The translations under genes and the position numbers were made by a program. A DNA stretch of 32,000 bases from Haloquadratum walsbyi C23. Lineage in GTDB: Archaea > Halobacteriota > Halobacteria > Halobacteriales > Haloferacaceae. Of this stretch, positions 15,953-28,700 are shown in pieces (position 1 is the stretch's first letter; each line of letters opens with the position of its first letter). Under the pieces are notes generated by a model, which worked only from the letters and a program-made list of their open reading frames with translations, searched no databases and had not been told where the DNA came from. The stretch covers positions 90,001 through 122,000 of the forward strand of contig NC_017459.1 of the NCBI RefSeq assembly GCF_000237865.1, given 5' to 3'.

Positions 15953-16756
15953 TCATTTGTTCTGGGATAACTCCTCACCACAGTGAGGGCAGACATTGTC
16001 ATCTGTTGCTTGTGAGTCCTCAATAAACCCAGCAGCCAGTATTGATGCTGGAAGAGCAAATAATCCAATCCCAAACACGGCAATGAGAGAGCCAGCTACC
16101 TGCCCACCTTGCGTTACTGGGTACATGTCTCCATAACCAACGGTTGTCAGCGTCATCGCTCCCCACCAAAGCGTCGCTGGAATTGAACTGAACAGTTCAG
16201 GTTGCGCATTATGTTCGAGTTGATACATAATTGACGAAGATAACACAAGTAAAATAAGATTCATTGCCGCTGCGACAACCAGTTTCTCTTTTTGTGACCG
16301 GAGGACTGTTGCAAATGACCTGATTGACTCAGAATAACGTGCAATCTTTAGTAACCGGATCACACGTACCAACCGCATCGCCCGAAGAAAGCGTGTATCG
16401 ACAGCAAAGATACTTGCTAGATAGAACGGAAGAATGGCAAGGAGATCAATAATCATCAGTGGAGTGAAAATAAATCGGATGCGCCCCAAAACAGGATTAT
16501 CATACTTTCTTGTCTCGATAATTGACCATACATGAGCGAGATACTCGATTGTAAAAACGCTGACCGAAATAATTTCGATTAAATACAGCTCACGCCCATA
16601 TGTAGCTGCAATTGGATCCACAGTCTCGAGTAAGACTGCAATGATATTGATCACAATCAACCCCATGATGCCCCAATCAAATGCTGCACCAAGTCGCCCA
16701 CCTAATCGCGGGGCAAATATCTCATATGTAAACGACCGTGCTTGTGTGTAATTCAT
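15953..16756 (-). CDS. Voltage-gated-type (6TM, Kv-like) potassium channel
   Basis: The S4-like helix RFLRAMRLVRVIRLLKIARY has a basic residue at every third position. The pore has the selectivity filter TLTTVGYGD. There are six hydrophobic segments and a short CPHCGE tail. Confidence 0.92.
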   Translation of the reverse strand: MNYTQARSFTYEIFAPRLGGRLGAAFDWGIMGLIVINIIAVLLETVDPIAATYGRELYLIEIISVSVFTIEYLAHVWSIIETRKYDNPVLGRIRFIFTPLMIIDLLAILPFYLASIFAVDTRFLRAMRLVRVIRLLKIARYSESIRSFATVLRSQKEKLVVAAAMNLILLVLSSSIMYQLEHNAQPELFSSIPATLWWGAMTLTTVGYGDMYPVTQGGQVAGSLIAVFGIGLFALPASILAAGFIEDSQATDDNVCPHCGEELSQNK

Positions 16757-16767
16757 TATCCTAAATA

Positions 16768-19700
16768 TTATGAATTATTATTCAGATGCATTTTATATAC
16801 TTGAGCCATCTCAACCCATTCTTCTGCGGTCTTCGCGTCGATTCCAACCCCTGCTCCCAGCCTGTCAGGGTTGATCGCAGCCAATTGGCTTACGGTAGTT
16901 ATGCCGACTACAGCCAACTGGTTCACTTCTTTCTCGGATAGCGACTGTGAGGAGAAATGATCCTCACGCAGCCGATTGCTTTCGAGTTGAACTGAGCTCT
17001 TTGTTTTCATAGCGATGAACACTGATTCGACTCTCACGACCCCGGCGACAAGTCGCTGGTGTAAGCCTCGAGTATCAGGTGTTTCAGCTGTCGCCTGCGT
17101 AATCCACCGGTATGTCTGGTTCGAAGATACATTGATCCGTTCGCTCAACCGCTCGGCTGAACAGGCACTCAACACAGCAACATCAGTAATCCCTTCTTCA
17201 ACTAATCGGTCGCTGTACTCGGGGCCGATCCCGTCGATAGATTCAAGCGCACCACTTGGACCGTATATCCATATAGATACACGATATAGCAATCGACGGG
17301 AGAATGATTGTATCCTCTCAAATGCCCCGCTAAGTATGCTGGAGACATCTCCTTGGAGCCACCCAGTCACCCGAGCCAATTGCCTGCCCCCGATGTCGGT
17401 TATTGAATGCACTGATCCCACCGAAATAGTTGGAATGGAGACGCCCGTTTGCACTATCTCAGCGATCTGCTCATATCGGGCTTGAATTCGCTTCCCATTT
17501 CGCGTTTCGATGAATGCTGGGCGCTCTGTACTCCCGCTTGCGTGTCCAGCCCGGTTCACCCACCCCGCGACGGCGGATTCATCTGTCTCAAGCGCGCTTG
17601 CAAGCTGCTCTGGGTCAGCGCTGGCTAACTGGTCGACGGACTCAACACCAACCTCATTCAATTCGCTTGCAGATTCACCGGCGATTGCAGCCAATGACCG
17701 ACTACTGGATGGGGAGTCCTCCCCACTGAGGAGCTGCCATAACCGGGTCTCAACGGTGGTTATCCAGGCACTCGATTGGATTGCCAACTTCGCATACCGT
17801 TTCCGCGTTGAATCAAATCGGTCCATTGCCTTATCCTCGATCCAGCGGCGGATCTCGCCCGTAATCACTGAGACGGCTGTTGCTGCAGGTCCAGACACGA
17901 CACCGAGCCATGCGGGCGCTGCGCCTCTCAATAGTCCCCCAGCAACCCAGTTAACACCACCACGCAGACGACCACGGAGCCAGCCACGGTATTTCCGCTT
18001 TCGATTCCCCCGATATTTGCTCTTCAACCAGTTTTTCATCCCCTCACGCGATGCGAGTTTTCGGCGCTTCGCGATGAATTCACGCCAGTACGACCGGGTG
18101 AAGTACTTCCGGACTCCGGCAATCTGTGTGCGAATTTTTGCCCACTTGAGTCGGCGTAGACGAGCGAGTAGCTTGCTGATCTGACTCCGTGAAGAGCCTC
18201 GGATCCGGCGCCGGAGCCACGACTGGAATCGGCGACGGGCAATGTTCAGTGGTGTCTGGATTCGATCACCGCCAAGTCCATATGCGGCGCCAGCTGCCCC
18301 AGCACCAGTGGTCGTCGCGACTGCGGCTTTGCCAGCTGTTGACAATGATCCAAACCACTTGAATGGTGCTGTGATAACAGTGAGCGCGTCCGCAATCATA
18401 CCACCGGTGCCACTGCCGCCACTACTACTGCCACTACTACTGCCACTGCCGCCACTGCCGCCACTACTGCCACTGCCGCTACTACCGCCACTGCCGCCAC
18501 TACTGCCACTGCCGCTACTACTGCCACTGCCGCCACTGCCGCCACTACTGCTACTACTGCTACTACTGCTACTACTGCTACTACTTCCACTGTCTCCGCC
18601 ATCGCTACCGGCTTGTGATTCCCCGCCAGTATCGCCATCCCCAACGACGGCTTCCGAGTCGGCTTTATTATTCACATTATTTTGACTTGGAGGGTCATTA
18701 CTATCTTGACTTGGAGGGTCATCGACATTCTCCTGGTTCGAGGAATCATCTTCGAGAGCCGATTCAGGCACTGGAGCCGTGGAATCAGCTTTAATATCCA
18801 CGTACGACGCTGAGTAGGAGATATTCGACACGTCGACACTAATCCCACCGTCTACATCCTCGACGGTCAGATTGCGCTCACTAGATTTGTATTCACCAAA
18901 CAACTGGTGGGTAGGATGATCCGCCACTCCCCACTCCTCTAATTGTGACTGTGGGATCTGCGCTTGGTAGAATCCCTCGTATTTCGTGCCACTGGCTGTC
19001 TTGTACCGTGGTCCAGCAATCCAGGTTCTCAGTCGGTCATTCGATACCTCTGGGAGGGAGATCCGCTGGGCGTTTGTCGAGAGGATCAATCCCGTCAATC
19101 GGTCACGAAGTGATTCGGGTCTTGTCGAAAGGTCATACACCGAGAAGTACACTGTCTGATTATACTGAGAGTCAGCCGTATCTGCAGCACCACTCGGCCA
19201 TGACACTGTTGATGGGTCCTCACTGACGAGCGGTCCGACGCGCTTTTGTTGAGTTGATGTCGTTGCCAATGACACCGGACTGCCCGTGATGATGATATCT
19301 GTCGCTGCTGGGTTCGTTGCGTTCGGTTTCGAGTTGAACTCGGCATCTCGAAGCGCCCAGAACAGTGTATGTGGCGTGTAATTCGTGACGGTCACCCGAA
19401 TCCTGAATTTGGTTTCATTCGTCACGCCAAAGTTTTCCAGTTCTGATGGATCCTCAACAACGGATATATCTCGGTTTGGATCACTGTTATTTGCGATTTG
19501 AATCTGTAACAATCCGTCAGTGACTTCCGGAATCACTACCATCTGATGACCGTCTGCGGTCACGCTTCCCGGACCAGAGGCAATACTGAGTGAAGCTGCG
19601 GTCTCGACTGGCTGCGGATCGAGTGTCACGGATTGCTGAATGGTTTCACCAAGTTCCACGCTCACTTCTCGGGAAGCGTTCCCGGAATCATTCCCAAGTG

Positions 19701-22700
19701 GCGCAACGACATAATCGCCGGGCTCCACCGCGACTTCGTACTCGCCCGTGCTGTCCGTTTTCGTATAGTAGGTTTCACCCCCGTCTCGGCTCGCAATCTG
19801 GACGGGAATATTTGACGCAACTGTCTCATCAGGATTGATGAACTTCCCAGCGACAGTCCCCGATCCTTCAAGCGTAAGATTCTGTGATGTTGGTGTTTGT
19901 GGTCCGACTGTGATATTCTCACGTTCATGGACCGGTGCTGAGGTGTTCTCAACGACGAGTCGGTAGTTCCCAGCTGGTACCGTCGTATCGAATTTGCCGT
20001 TTGAGTCCAAAGAGACAGATTCTCGATGAGTTCCGTCTGAGCTGATTATCGTCACGTCGCCCTGAGTGACCCTGCTGCCGTTCGTATCAGTGATGGTTCC
20101 ACTAATCGAACTCATTTCTCCGAGTGCTGGCTCTTGATCTTCATCATCTGGGATACCATCATTATCGTCATCGTTGTCCGTCGGCACGCCAGTCGCTTCA
20201 TTATCATCAGCCAATCCATCACCGTCGATATCGCTGTAGAAGGTGACGCTGACGTCAATAACAGTCTGTTTGCTTCCGTCGTCGACGGTGAGTGTCGGCG
20301 AAACGGTTGTCTCTTCGAGATACGATCCTGGGTCGTAATCACGCGTTACTGTCGAACCTGTCGAGGTGTCACCATTGCCGAAGTCCCACCTGTATGAGAC
20401 GCCAGTACCCTCTGGGTCGACTATCTTGCTTGCGTCGAAAGTGTATCCAGTCTTGTTCCCGACGATGGATATCGTCCGATCACCTGGGTCCCCTCCGGTC
20501 AGATTAACCTGACCTGTTGGTTGTTCGTCGACATCAGTAATGGTTACACTGATTGATTGTGTGGCATTGGCGTTTGCAGTGCTTGCGGTGACATCGAGCT
20601 CATACGCATTGTCACCATCAGCATCTGCCGGACTCTCGAAGTCCACAGAATCAGCGAACGACAGTGCACCAGTCTTGCCGTCAACAATGAATAAACTGCT
20701 GTCCGCGCCACCGGTAATTGTATACTTGACTCCACTGTCGAACAGACCCCCTTCACCGTCAGTTGCGTTCACATCAAGGAGAGTTCCACCCGGGTTTTCA
20801 GGAGTCGTGACTGTTCCTGATGACACGAACGTCGGGGTCGATCCGGTCACAGTATGGTCGTGTGAGTCGGTTAGTCCCGATCCACCGCCATCATTGCCGG
20901 CGCTATCGGTGGCGGTGTCGACTGTTGCGGTGTAAGTACCTCCACCATTATCATAAGGTTGTGCTGAGTCGAGATCAAGCGCGTACGTGTATGGTCCTGA
21001 TCCACTTTGGATAAGATCGTCTCTATTGAATGTATACACGTCGTTTGTGTTAGGTCCATCAATACTCACGGACACGTCATCTGTCGCCACCCCAAGTTGC
21101 TCGTTTGAGTCAACGGTGAAAGTGAGATTACCGGTCCCATCGGAATCGAGGGAAACGTTCGATACTGTTGGTGCCGTTGTATCTGAGGAGTCCTGTGATC
21201 CGCTGACGGTAACCGTTCCTGAGGAGTACGTGACCGGCATGGAGACGAATATTGCTCCTTTCTTGTCTTCAACGGTCAGACTCGACCCTGAGACGGATTC
21301 GCCCTTGTATGTTGCTGTCACCTGTCCAGGAGAGATACCCCATGCTACAAGGACGCTTTTCGGAATTCGGGCATTGTAGAATCCTGTGTTGACTGTGGTT
21401 CCATCAGTCTCATAGTGTGGGGCTGCAACGGTGATGCTCAGTGATCCTGCGGAATCACTTCCGCCAGCACTGGATTTCGGCACACTGAATGCTTGTGCGT
21501 TGGTTCCGATGAACGCTCCATCGAGACGGTTGCGGTAGCCTGGGTTCACCCGTCCTTCCATTGAGACAGCTATCATATCCACAATCGCGCCATATCGCTT
21601 TGAAGCCGTGTGGTCGCTCAATGGCCACTCACGTGGGTCTGGGTTTCGAATGTCGGGTTCGACGTACGCCTCTGCCGGCGTTACGTTGATACTGATTTCT
21701 TTGGTGTTTTTATCGACTCTCGTCTTCTCCCACCCATCGGCATTCCCTGTTCCAAGCATGAACACTGGATCGAAATCGTCCACGGCGATTGTCACCGCAA
21801 GCGGCGTACTCGCGTCAACACCGTCGACGATGCTGATGTCTTTCTGCTCCGGTGAACCAGTTGGGTGAAGATACCACTCAACCGCGCCGCGGTTATGATC
21901 GACCGTGGCGTTCACTTCGATCCCAACCGAATTCCCTGTTGTTGCATCAACGACTGTGGTCCCGGTTTCGCTTACGGTTGAACACGGGTCCTTCTGTGAG
22001 CCGACACAGCCGTAGCCCAGTGAGGACTGAATCTGGCGGTTTCGCGATGTGTCAACAACTTCTGTTTGGACATTGAATCGGCTATTAGCTTGTTTTGGCA
22101 CAGGGATTGTCACTGTGCCCTGTTTTTGAGCCGGAGTCACTGTCTGTGTGGTAAATTTGCTTCCGATCGTTATTGGAGAGACCCGGATTTGCGCATTTGC
22201 TGGGTCAAGACTCCCGAAGTCGTGCTTAACAGTGATTTTGCCTCCAAGTGATCCCGCTGTCACGCTGGTTGAGACATTTTCATAGGCAACAATCTGTTTA
22301 CTCTTATTTGCCAGTTCTGTGTTGGCGCTGGTATTCACAAGCGTTGCCCGACCGGTGAACGTGCCGCCGCCGACTGCTGATGATGGCACAGTGAGACTTG
22401 TGAGCCCTTCAACACTTCCGACAGTACGGGTCGCGATTGGGGTCGTTGTTGAGTTATTATCGTTGTATAATTGAATCTCAATATCATCACTCGACCCGAC
22501 CTCGCCTGTCGCGTTGTATGTCACGTCGACCGTCGAAAGCGTGCTGGAATCGAGATCACTCGTTGTCAATGTCACCGCTGGGGCGATTCCTGTGTTGATT
22601 CCGCCAATGTCATCCTCAGGATCTCCCTGATCTGACTCAGTGCCGTCACTCGACTCGTTACTGCTGGTACTATCCTCACCTTGTCCGTTCCCAGCCTTAT

Positions 22701-25700
22701 CTAAGATGCCGTCACTCGACGAATTAATCCTCACCGTCGGGGTCTTCCCACGAATAGCGTCGGTAAGTCCAATTCGAACCGTCTGTGTCTGGTTTGACCC
22801 ATCCGTGACTGCTGACGTGTCCACGCTGGCAACCTTTCCAGGTTCAACAGTGAAATCAGCCGCGCTAATTGATGATTTCTCAATACCGCTCAGCCCACTT
22901 TGGATACTCACGTCAACTGAATCTCCACCTGCGCGTGAGACAGAGGTGATCTCCGGTGCTTTCGTGTCGACAGTGACGCCGCTCACCTGGATCGTGCGAA
23001 CAGCCGCGTTTCCTGTATCATCAGTCACATTCACAGTAAGTGATTGATCTGATCCATCGGTCGGGGTCGATCCAACAATAATTATACCACTGTGTATGCT
23101 AGCGCCAGTCTCCACGTTGGTGCCATTTGGACTTAGTGTGGCTGTTTCATCGTCATAGTCGGTGGCATTGACTGTCACCGACGAGAGAGTAGTGTCAGTG
23201 TCTGTGTTAGATTCAACAGTGACTTGGACGCGATCGCCTGTGGTGACAATACCATCGTCGTTCGTATCGTCTGAGACAGAGACGGTGTCGATGCCTGGCA
23301 GCGTTGTGGTGATATTACTCAGCTTGTTGCCGGACCGATCAGTAATCCCCCCAGCCTGTGATGTAATATCTACCGTCACAGGTCTGGTTTCAACTGATGA
23401 ACTAAGACTCAGTGTGACTGTTTGCGTTGTGTTAGTGTCAGTACCGCTTGTGCTAGTATCAGTTGACGAGATCGAGTTATTACTCACTGCGAAGTCAGTG
23501 TTATCGATCGATGACGTGTCGATACCGCTCACGCCGCCGTCAATTGTTAATTGGATGGTTGTGCCATCCGTGGAGGTCACCGAGGTGAGGGTTGGTGGAG
23601 TCGTATCGCTTGCAAAGCTGGGAGCGGTCTCAGCCCGAAGTTGTGGATAGCCGTTGACGAGTGACCATGTCGAAGTATAATTCAGCGCTGACATGAATTT
23701 CGATGGCGACTGCCCCTGCATCTCCGTCGCTGGTACGTCAGATCCAATCGATCCGTATCCGGCGACTCCATTCGGTGTTCCAGTCCCGAGTCCGCTTTTA
23801 TTTCCAGTTGCATTCGTCTGAGTGCTTGCGCCTTTGTCCCAGTATGCGTCCGAGAGTGTGCCACCGGAGCCAACGAGTCCACCGACCTTGTTGTCGCCCG
23901 TGACCTGTCCGCTGGCGTACACGCGCTTCACATCTCCGCTCAGTTTACCAGCGATTCCACCCACATTCGTTCCCTCAGTGGTAATGTTCCCGCGGGCATA
24001 TGAGTCAACAATCTGCTTACCAGCAGCCGAGCCAACGAGTCCACCAACGTTGTCGCCCGATGTGGTGACATTCCCCCGTGCGTATGAATTACGCACCTGC
24101 CCACCCGATTGAGACCCAATAAGACCCCCGACAGATGAACCAGTAGCGCTATCAGTGCCGACATCGCCGGTAGCAGAGGCGTTTGTGACTGTATCAGCGT
24201 CGTTCTGGAACGATGCATTCCCAATCAACCCGCCGATATCATTACCGTCCGTGCTCGTGACGTCGCCACTGGCGCGTGCAGTAGAGATCGTGGTCTGGGA
24301 GGTGCTCTCAACGCCCTCTGCATGCCCAATCAATCCGCCCACATTGTTCCCGTCAGTCGAGACATTGCCTGTTGCCGTGACGTTCGTCGTCTTTTCCGCA
24401 CTGAGTTTGAGATATCCGACGAGTCCACCGATCTTGTCTCCAGTGCTGCTTTGAACCTCGCCACTGGCTGTAGCATCACTGAGTGATGCCCGCGTCTGTC
24501 CGATGAGTCCGCCCGCATTATTCCCCTCAGTTGACACGTCGCCTGTTGCGGTGACATCGCTAACAGTTTTGTCATCGGGTTGATAGCCGATGAGTCCACC
24601 AACGTTGTTGCCGTCAGTCGAGACATTGCCAGTTGCTGTGGCATTCGTGAGAGCCTGTCCATTCCGATGGGCGCCAATGAGTCCACCCACTCGCTGACCG
24701 GTGGTGGTGACGTCGCCGGTCGCTGTAGCGTTCCTCAATGTGAATGATGTCGAGTCATGCACTAGTTCGCCCGCAAGTCCGCCAACGTCGTTTCCACTCG
24801 TACTCGAGACATCGCCAGTCGCAGTGACGTCAGTGACGTTGCCGACATTAGAGAGCTTGCCAGCGAGACCACCCACGTATGCGTCATTTCCACCGTTGTA
24901 TGTCGTGTTCACATCACCGCTAGCCTGTGCTTCAGTTATCGTGAGTGGATTACCAGACGATGAGGTCGAGGTCCCTAAGCCAACAAGCCCACCCACGTAC
25001 TGTCCTCCTGAAGAGACGTTGCCCGAGGCACTGACATTCGCAAGTTCTTCAGGAGTGGTCACATCGAGATCGCCGACCAGTCCACCAGCGAAGCCTCCGC
25101 TCGCAGTAACGGAGCCGCTCGCACTGGAATTGGTCACTGAACCACTACTTTGACCCACAAGTCCACCGATCTGGCGAGTGCCGGACGTGGTCACCGCGGT
25201 CGACGAGTCGGCGATGACAGCACTGGAGTTACTCGCTCCAACCAACCCGCCGATCTTGTTGTCACCGGCGACCGCCCCCGTTGAAGTCACATTCCGGATC
25301 GCTCCATTGCTCGTGCCAGCCACAACTCCAACATCACTACTCCCGATGACGGAGGCGTTCTGGAGTGTCAGGTTCTCCACTACTCCAGATGTGCCAACCT
25401 CGCTGATGAGACCGACTGAATCAGCGCCACTCCGGTCGATCGACAGGTTCGAAATTGTCGTGCCATTACCATCAAGTGTTCCGGTGAACGCCTCATCGGT
25501 GGCATTCGCGATTGGTTCGAAGCCGTTTCCACCGTTCCAGGATTCGATGGTGGCAGACGCATTGATATCGTCCGTCAGCTGGTAGTGCTCATCCCGGGTG
25601 GTGGCGTTCTTGTTAATCACCTGCAGATCTGTAAGGGAGTTAGCCAGATACGGGTCATCCGGGGTGCCGCTGCCAATGTACGTCCCTGTCAGGTTTGTAC

Positions 25701-28700
25701 CATCCTCGCGTGTGTACGTGCGCACGGCACCTTCTTTGACGATGATGTTCGCGGTCGTTGAGACTGCTGTATCACCTGCGACACCGAACGTTGGTTTGTA
25801 ACTGTTCGCATTGGACTCCGAGAAACTGAATGTTGCAGTGCCGTCCTGATCGGTCACAGCTGTGGCATTTTCAAGACCGCTGAGACCGTCCGATTCACGA
25901 ACGGTGATAACAAATCCGTCAGTAGATTCGGAGTCAGCAGCTGTAACCGTGATCGAAATCGCAACTTGTTCGGTTTGGGCTGAACTCGCGTCGGTGGCAT
26001 CGATTGTCTCGACTCTGCGAGGCGGTTGTTCGGTCCCAGTCGCTTGCGCCTGCAACACTGGATAGCCACGTGTGGTGTTCCAAGTGGTCGTGTAATTCAA
26101 TGCAGACATGAACGCCGTTGCCGCCTCGCCCTGCATTCTTTCGGCTGGTGTGTCATCATTGACTAACCCATAGCCGTCAGCCCCAGTCGGTGTTGCACTT
26201 CCGGTTGCATTCGTTTGATTGGTTGCACCCTTGTCCCAGTAGACGTCGGAGAGTGTGCCACCGTTATTCTTCCCGACGAGTCCGCCAACAGCGCTGTTCC
26301 CCTCGACCTGTCCAGTAGCGAACACACGGGTCGCATTGCCCGTGTCGATCGTGCCAGCAAGTCCACCCACATCGGATGCCGCGGTAACCGTCCCTCGTGC
26401 GTGCGAATCGCGGATGTTAGATGAGCCTTCAAGTCGTCCGACCAATCCACCAACCTCGTTTCCAGTACTGCTGCTGACGTTACCACGTCCCGCGGAGTTC
26501 GTCACATCCGCACTTGCATTTCCAATCAAACCACCCACACTGTTGCCGCCGGTACTGCTTACCGCACCGCTCGCTGATGAATCGTGGACAGCAGCCAGCG
26601 AACGACCGATCAGCCCACCGACGCCATCGCCGCTTGTACTGTTCACGACACCGCTCGCCGACGAATTGCGGACAGTCGCATTTGTACGCCCAATAAGTCC
26701 CCCTACATCGGCAGTTCCGGTGACGTTCCCTGATGCAGCCGTATTAGTCACTGGAATCGTGCCTTGGGACTCTCCGATTAACCCACCGGCGTACTGTCCT
26801 GTTGCGGTGACGGTCCCGTTCGCAGTCGAGGTGTTCACGATCCCGCCGGCAGTGCCGACTAATCCGCCGACCCGCTGGCTTCCAGACGTATTCACTGCTG
26901 CTGAGGACTCGGTGAGAACGCTGTTCAATTCTGTTGTTCCGATGAGCCCACCAACCCGATTATTTCCGGTTACTGTTCCCGTGGTAGTTACGTTCCGGAG
27001 TGTTCCATTGCTTGTTCCAGCTACCAATCCGACATCGTCGCCTCCGGTGACCGAAGCGTTCTGAAGGGTCACATTCTCCAGCACCCCGGCTGTGTCGAGC
27101 TCGCTAAAGAGACCGACGGCGTCTGCCCCGCTTCGATCAATCGACAGATTTGAAATCGTGTGCCCGTCGCCGTCGAGTGAGCCGGTGAACGCCTCATCAG
27201 CATCAGTGGCATTTGCGATTGGTTCGAAGCCGTTTCCACCGTTCCAGGACTCGATGGTGGCAGACGCATTGATATCGTCCGTCAACTGGTAGTGCTCATC
27301 CCGGGTGGTGGCGTTCTTGTTGATCGCCTGGAGATCTGTAAGGGAGTTAGCCAGATACGGACTGTCGGGCGTCCCGTTCCCGCGGTACACCGCCGTCAAT
27401 TCCGTGTCGTCTTCGCGGGTATAGGTTCGCACCGCCCCATTGTCCACAGTGATCGTCGCGTTTGTCGTTGCAGTCGAATACCCAGCCACGCCAAATGTTG
27501 GGGTGTACGTGTCAGGCGACGATTCAGTGATGTTAAACGTCGCAACGCCTGTGTCGTTCGTCACAGCCGTGGCGTTCTCAAGGCTAGTGAGACCTCCGGT
27601 ATCCTGAACACTGATGACGAAATCCTCACGGATGTTGCTGTCGGTTGTCGTCACTGTGACCGAAACCGAGACCTGTTCGGACTGAATCGCGCTCGCGTTG
27701 GTAGCGGTGACCGTATCGACCGTTCGAGGCAGCTGTTCGGTTCCGGTCGACTTCGCTTGCAAGACCGGATAGCCCCGTGTGACGTTCCACGTAGTCGTGT
27801 AGTTTAGCCCCTCCATGAGCTCAGTCGCCGCCCGACCCTGCATCTGCGGTGCCGGCGTGGTGTCACCGACAGATCCGTAGCCGCTCACTGTAGCCGGTGT
27901 GTCGCTTCCGGTCGCATCCGACTTGTCAGTCGCGCCTTTGTCCCAGTAAGACTCGGAGAGTTGTCCGCCGTCGTTTTTACCAACGAGGCCGCCGACGGTG
28001 CTACCGCCCTCAACGCGTCCGGTGGCATAGACGCGGAGCACTTTGCCCTCGCTCCGACCAATAAGACCTCCGACATTATTGCCTGAAGTGTTGACATCCC
28101 CGCGTGCGTACGAATCACCGACGCGGCCCCCATTCCGTCCGTGAACTCCGATGAGTCCACCGACGTTGTCGCCCGACCCGGCGGAGACATTCCCTTGCGC
28201 ATGTGAGTTGTCCACACTCCCGGTCCGGTGGAATCCGATCAACCCGCCGACCTTTTGACCCGTAGTAGTAACGTCGCCAGTTGCCGAGGCGTTTTTGAGT
28301 ACATCAGTGCTAGCCAGTTGGTCTAGCCGTCCGATCAGACCGCCGACCTCGTTTCCGCCGACACTACTCACATCGCCGGTCGCGGAGACGTCGGTAATCG
28401 CAGACCCGTGTTCGAACCGTCCAACGAGACCACCCACGGACGCGGGGCCTCCATCGTCGGACGTCATCTCGATGTCGCCTGTGGCTCGTGCTCCAGACAT
28501 CGTGATGTTGCCGTTGTCGTCTGAATCCTCGATGAACCCAACCAGCCCACCGACGTGATCAGCGCCTGCAGAGACGGTTCCTGTCGCGGTAACGTTCGTA
28601 ACGTGGGTGCTGTCGTCGTGGCTTAACCGTCCGACCAGCCCACCAACATTCGCTCCGGTGGTGCTTTCGACTTCACCGCTCGCAGTGGCGTTCCGCACGG

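Noticed and set aside
15862-16083. A 73-aa minus-strand ORF overlapping the 3' end of the K+ channel gene.
   Set aside because: It is an out-of-frame overlap with a confidently assigned gene. Its Cys/Leu/Gln-rich composition is not protein-like for a halophile.
18400-18630. Highly periodic DNA that might be taken for a CRISPR array or a non-coding satellite.
   Set aside because: The period is 3 nt with no repeat-spacer organisation. It lies in frame inside the giant ORF and encodes a Ser/Gly linker.
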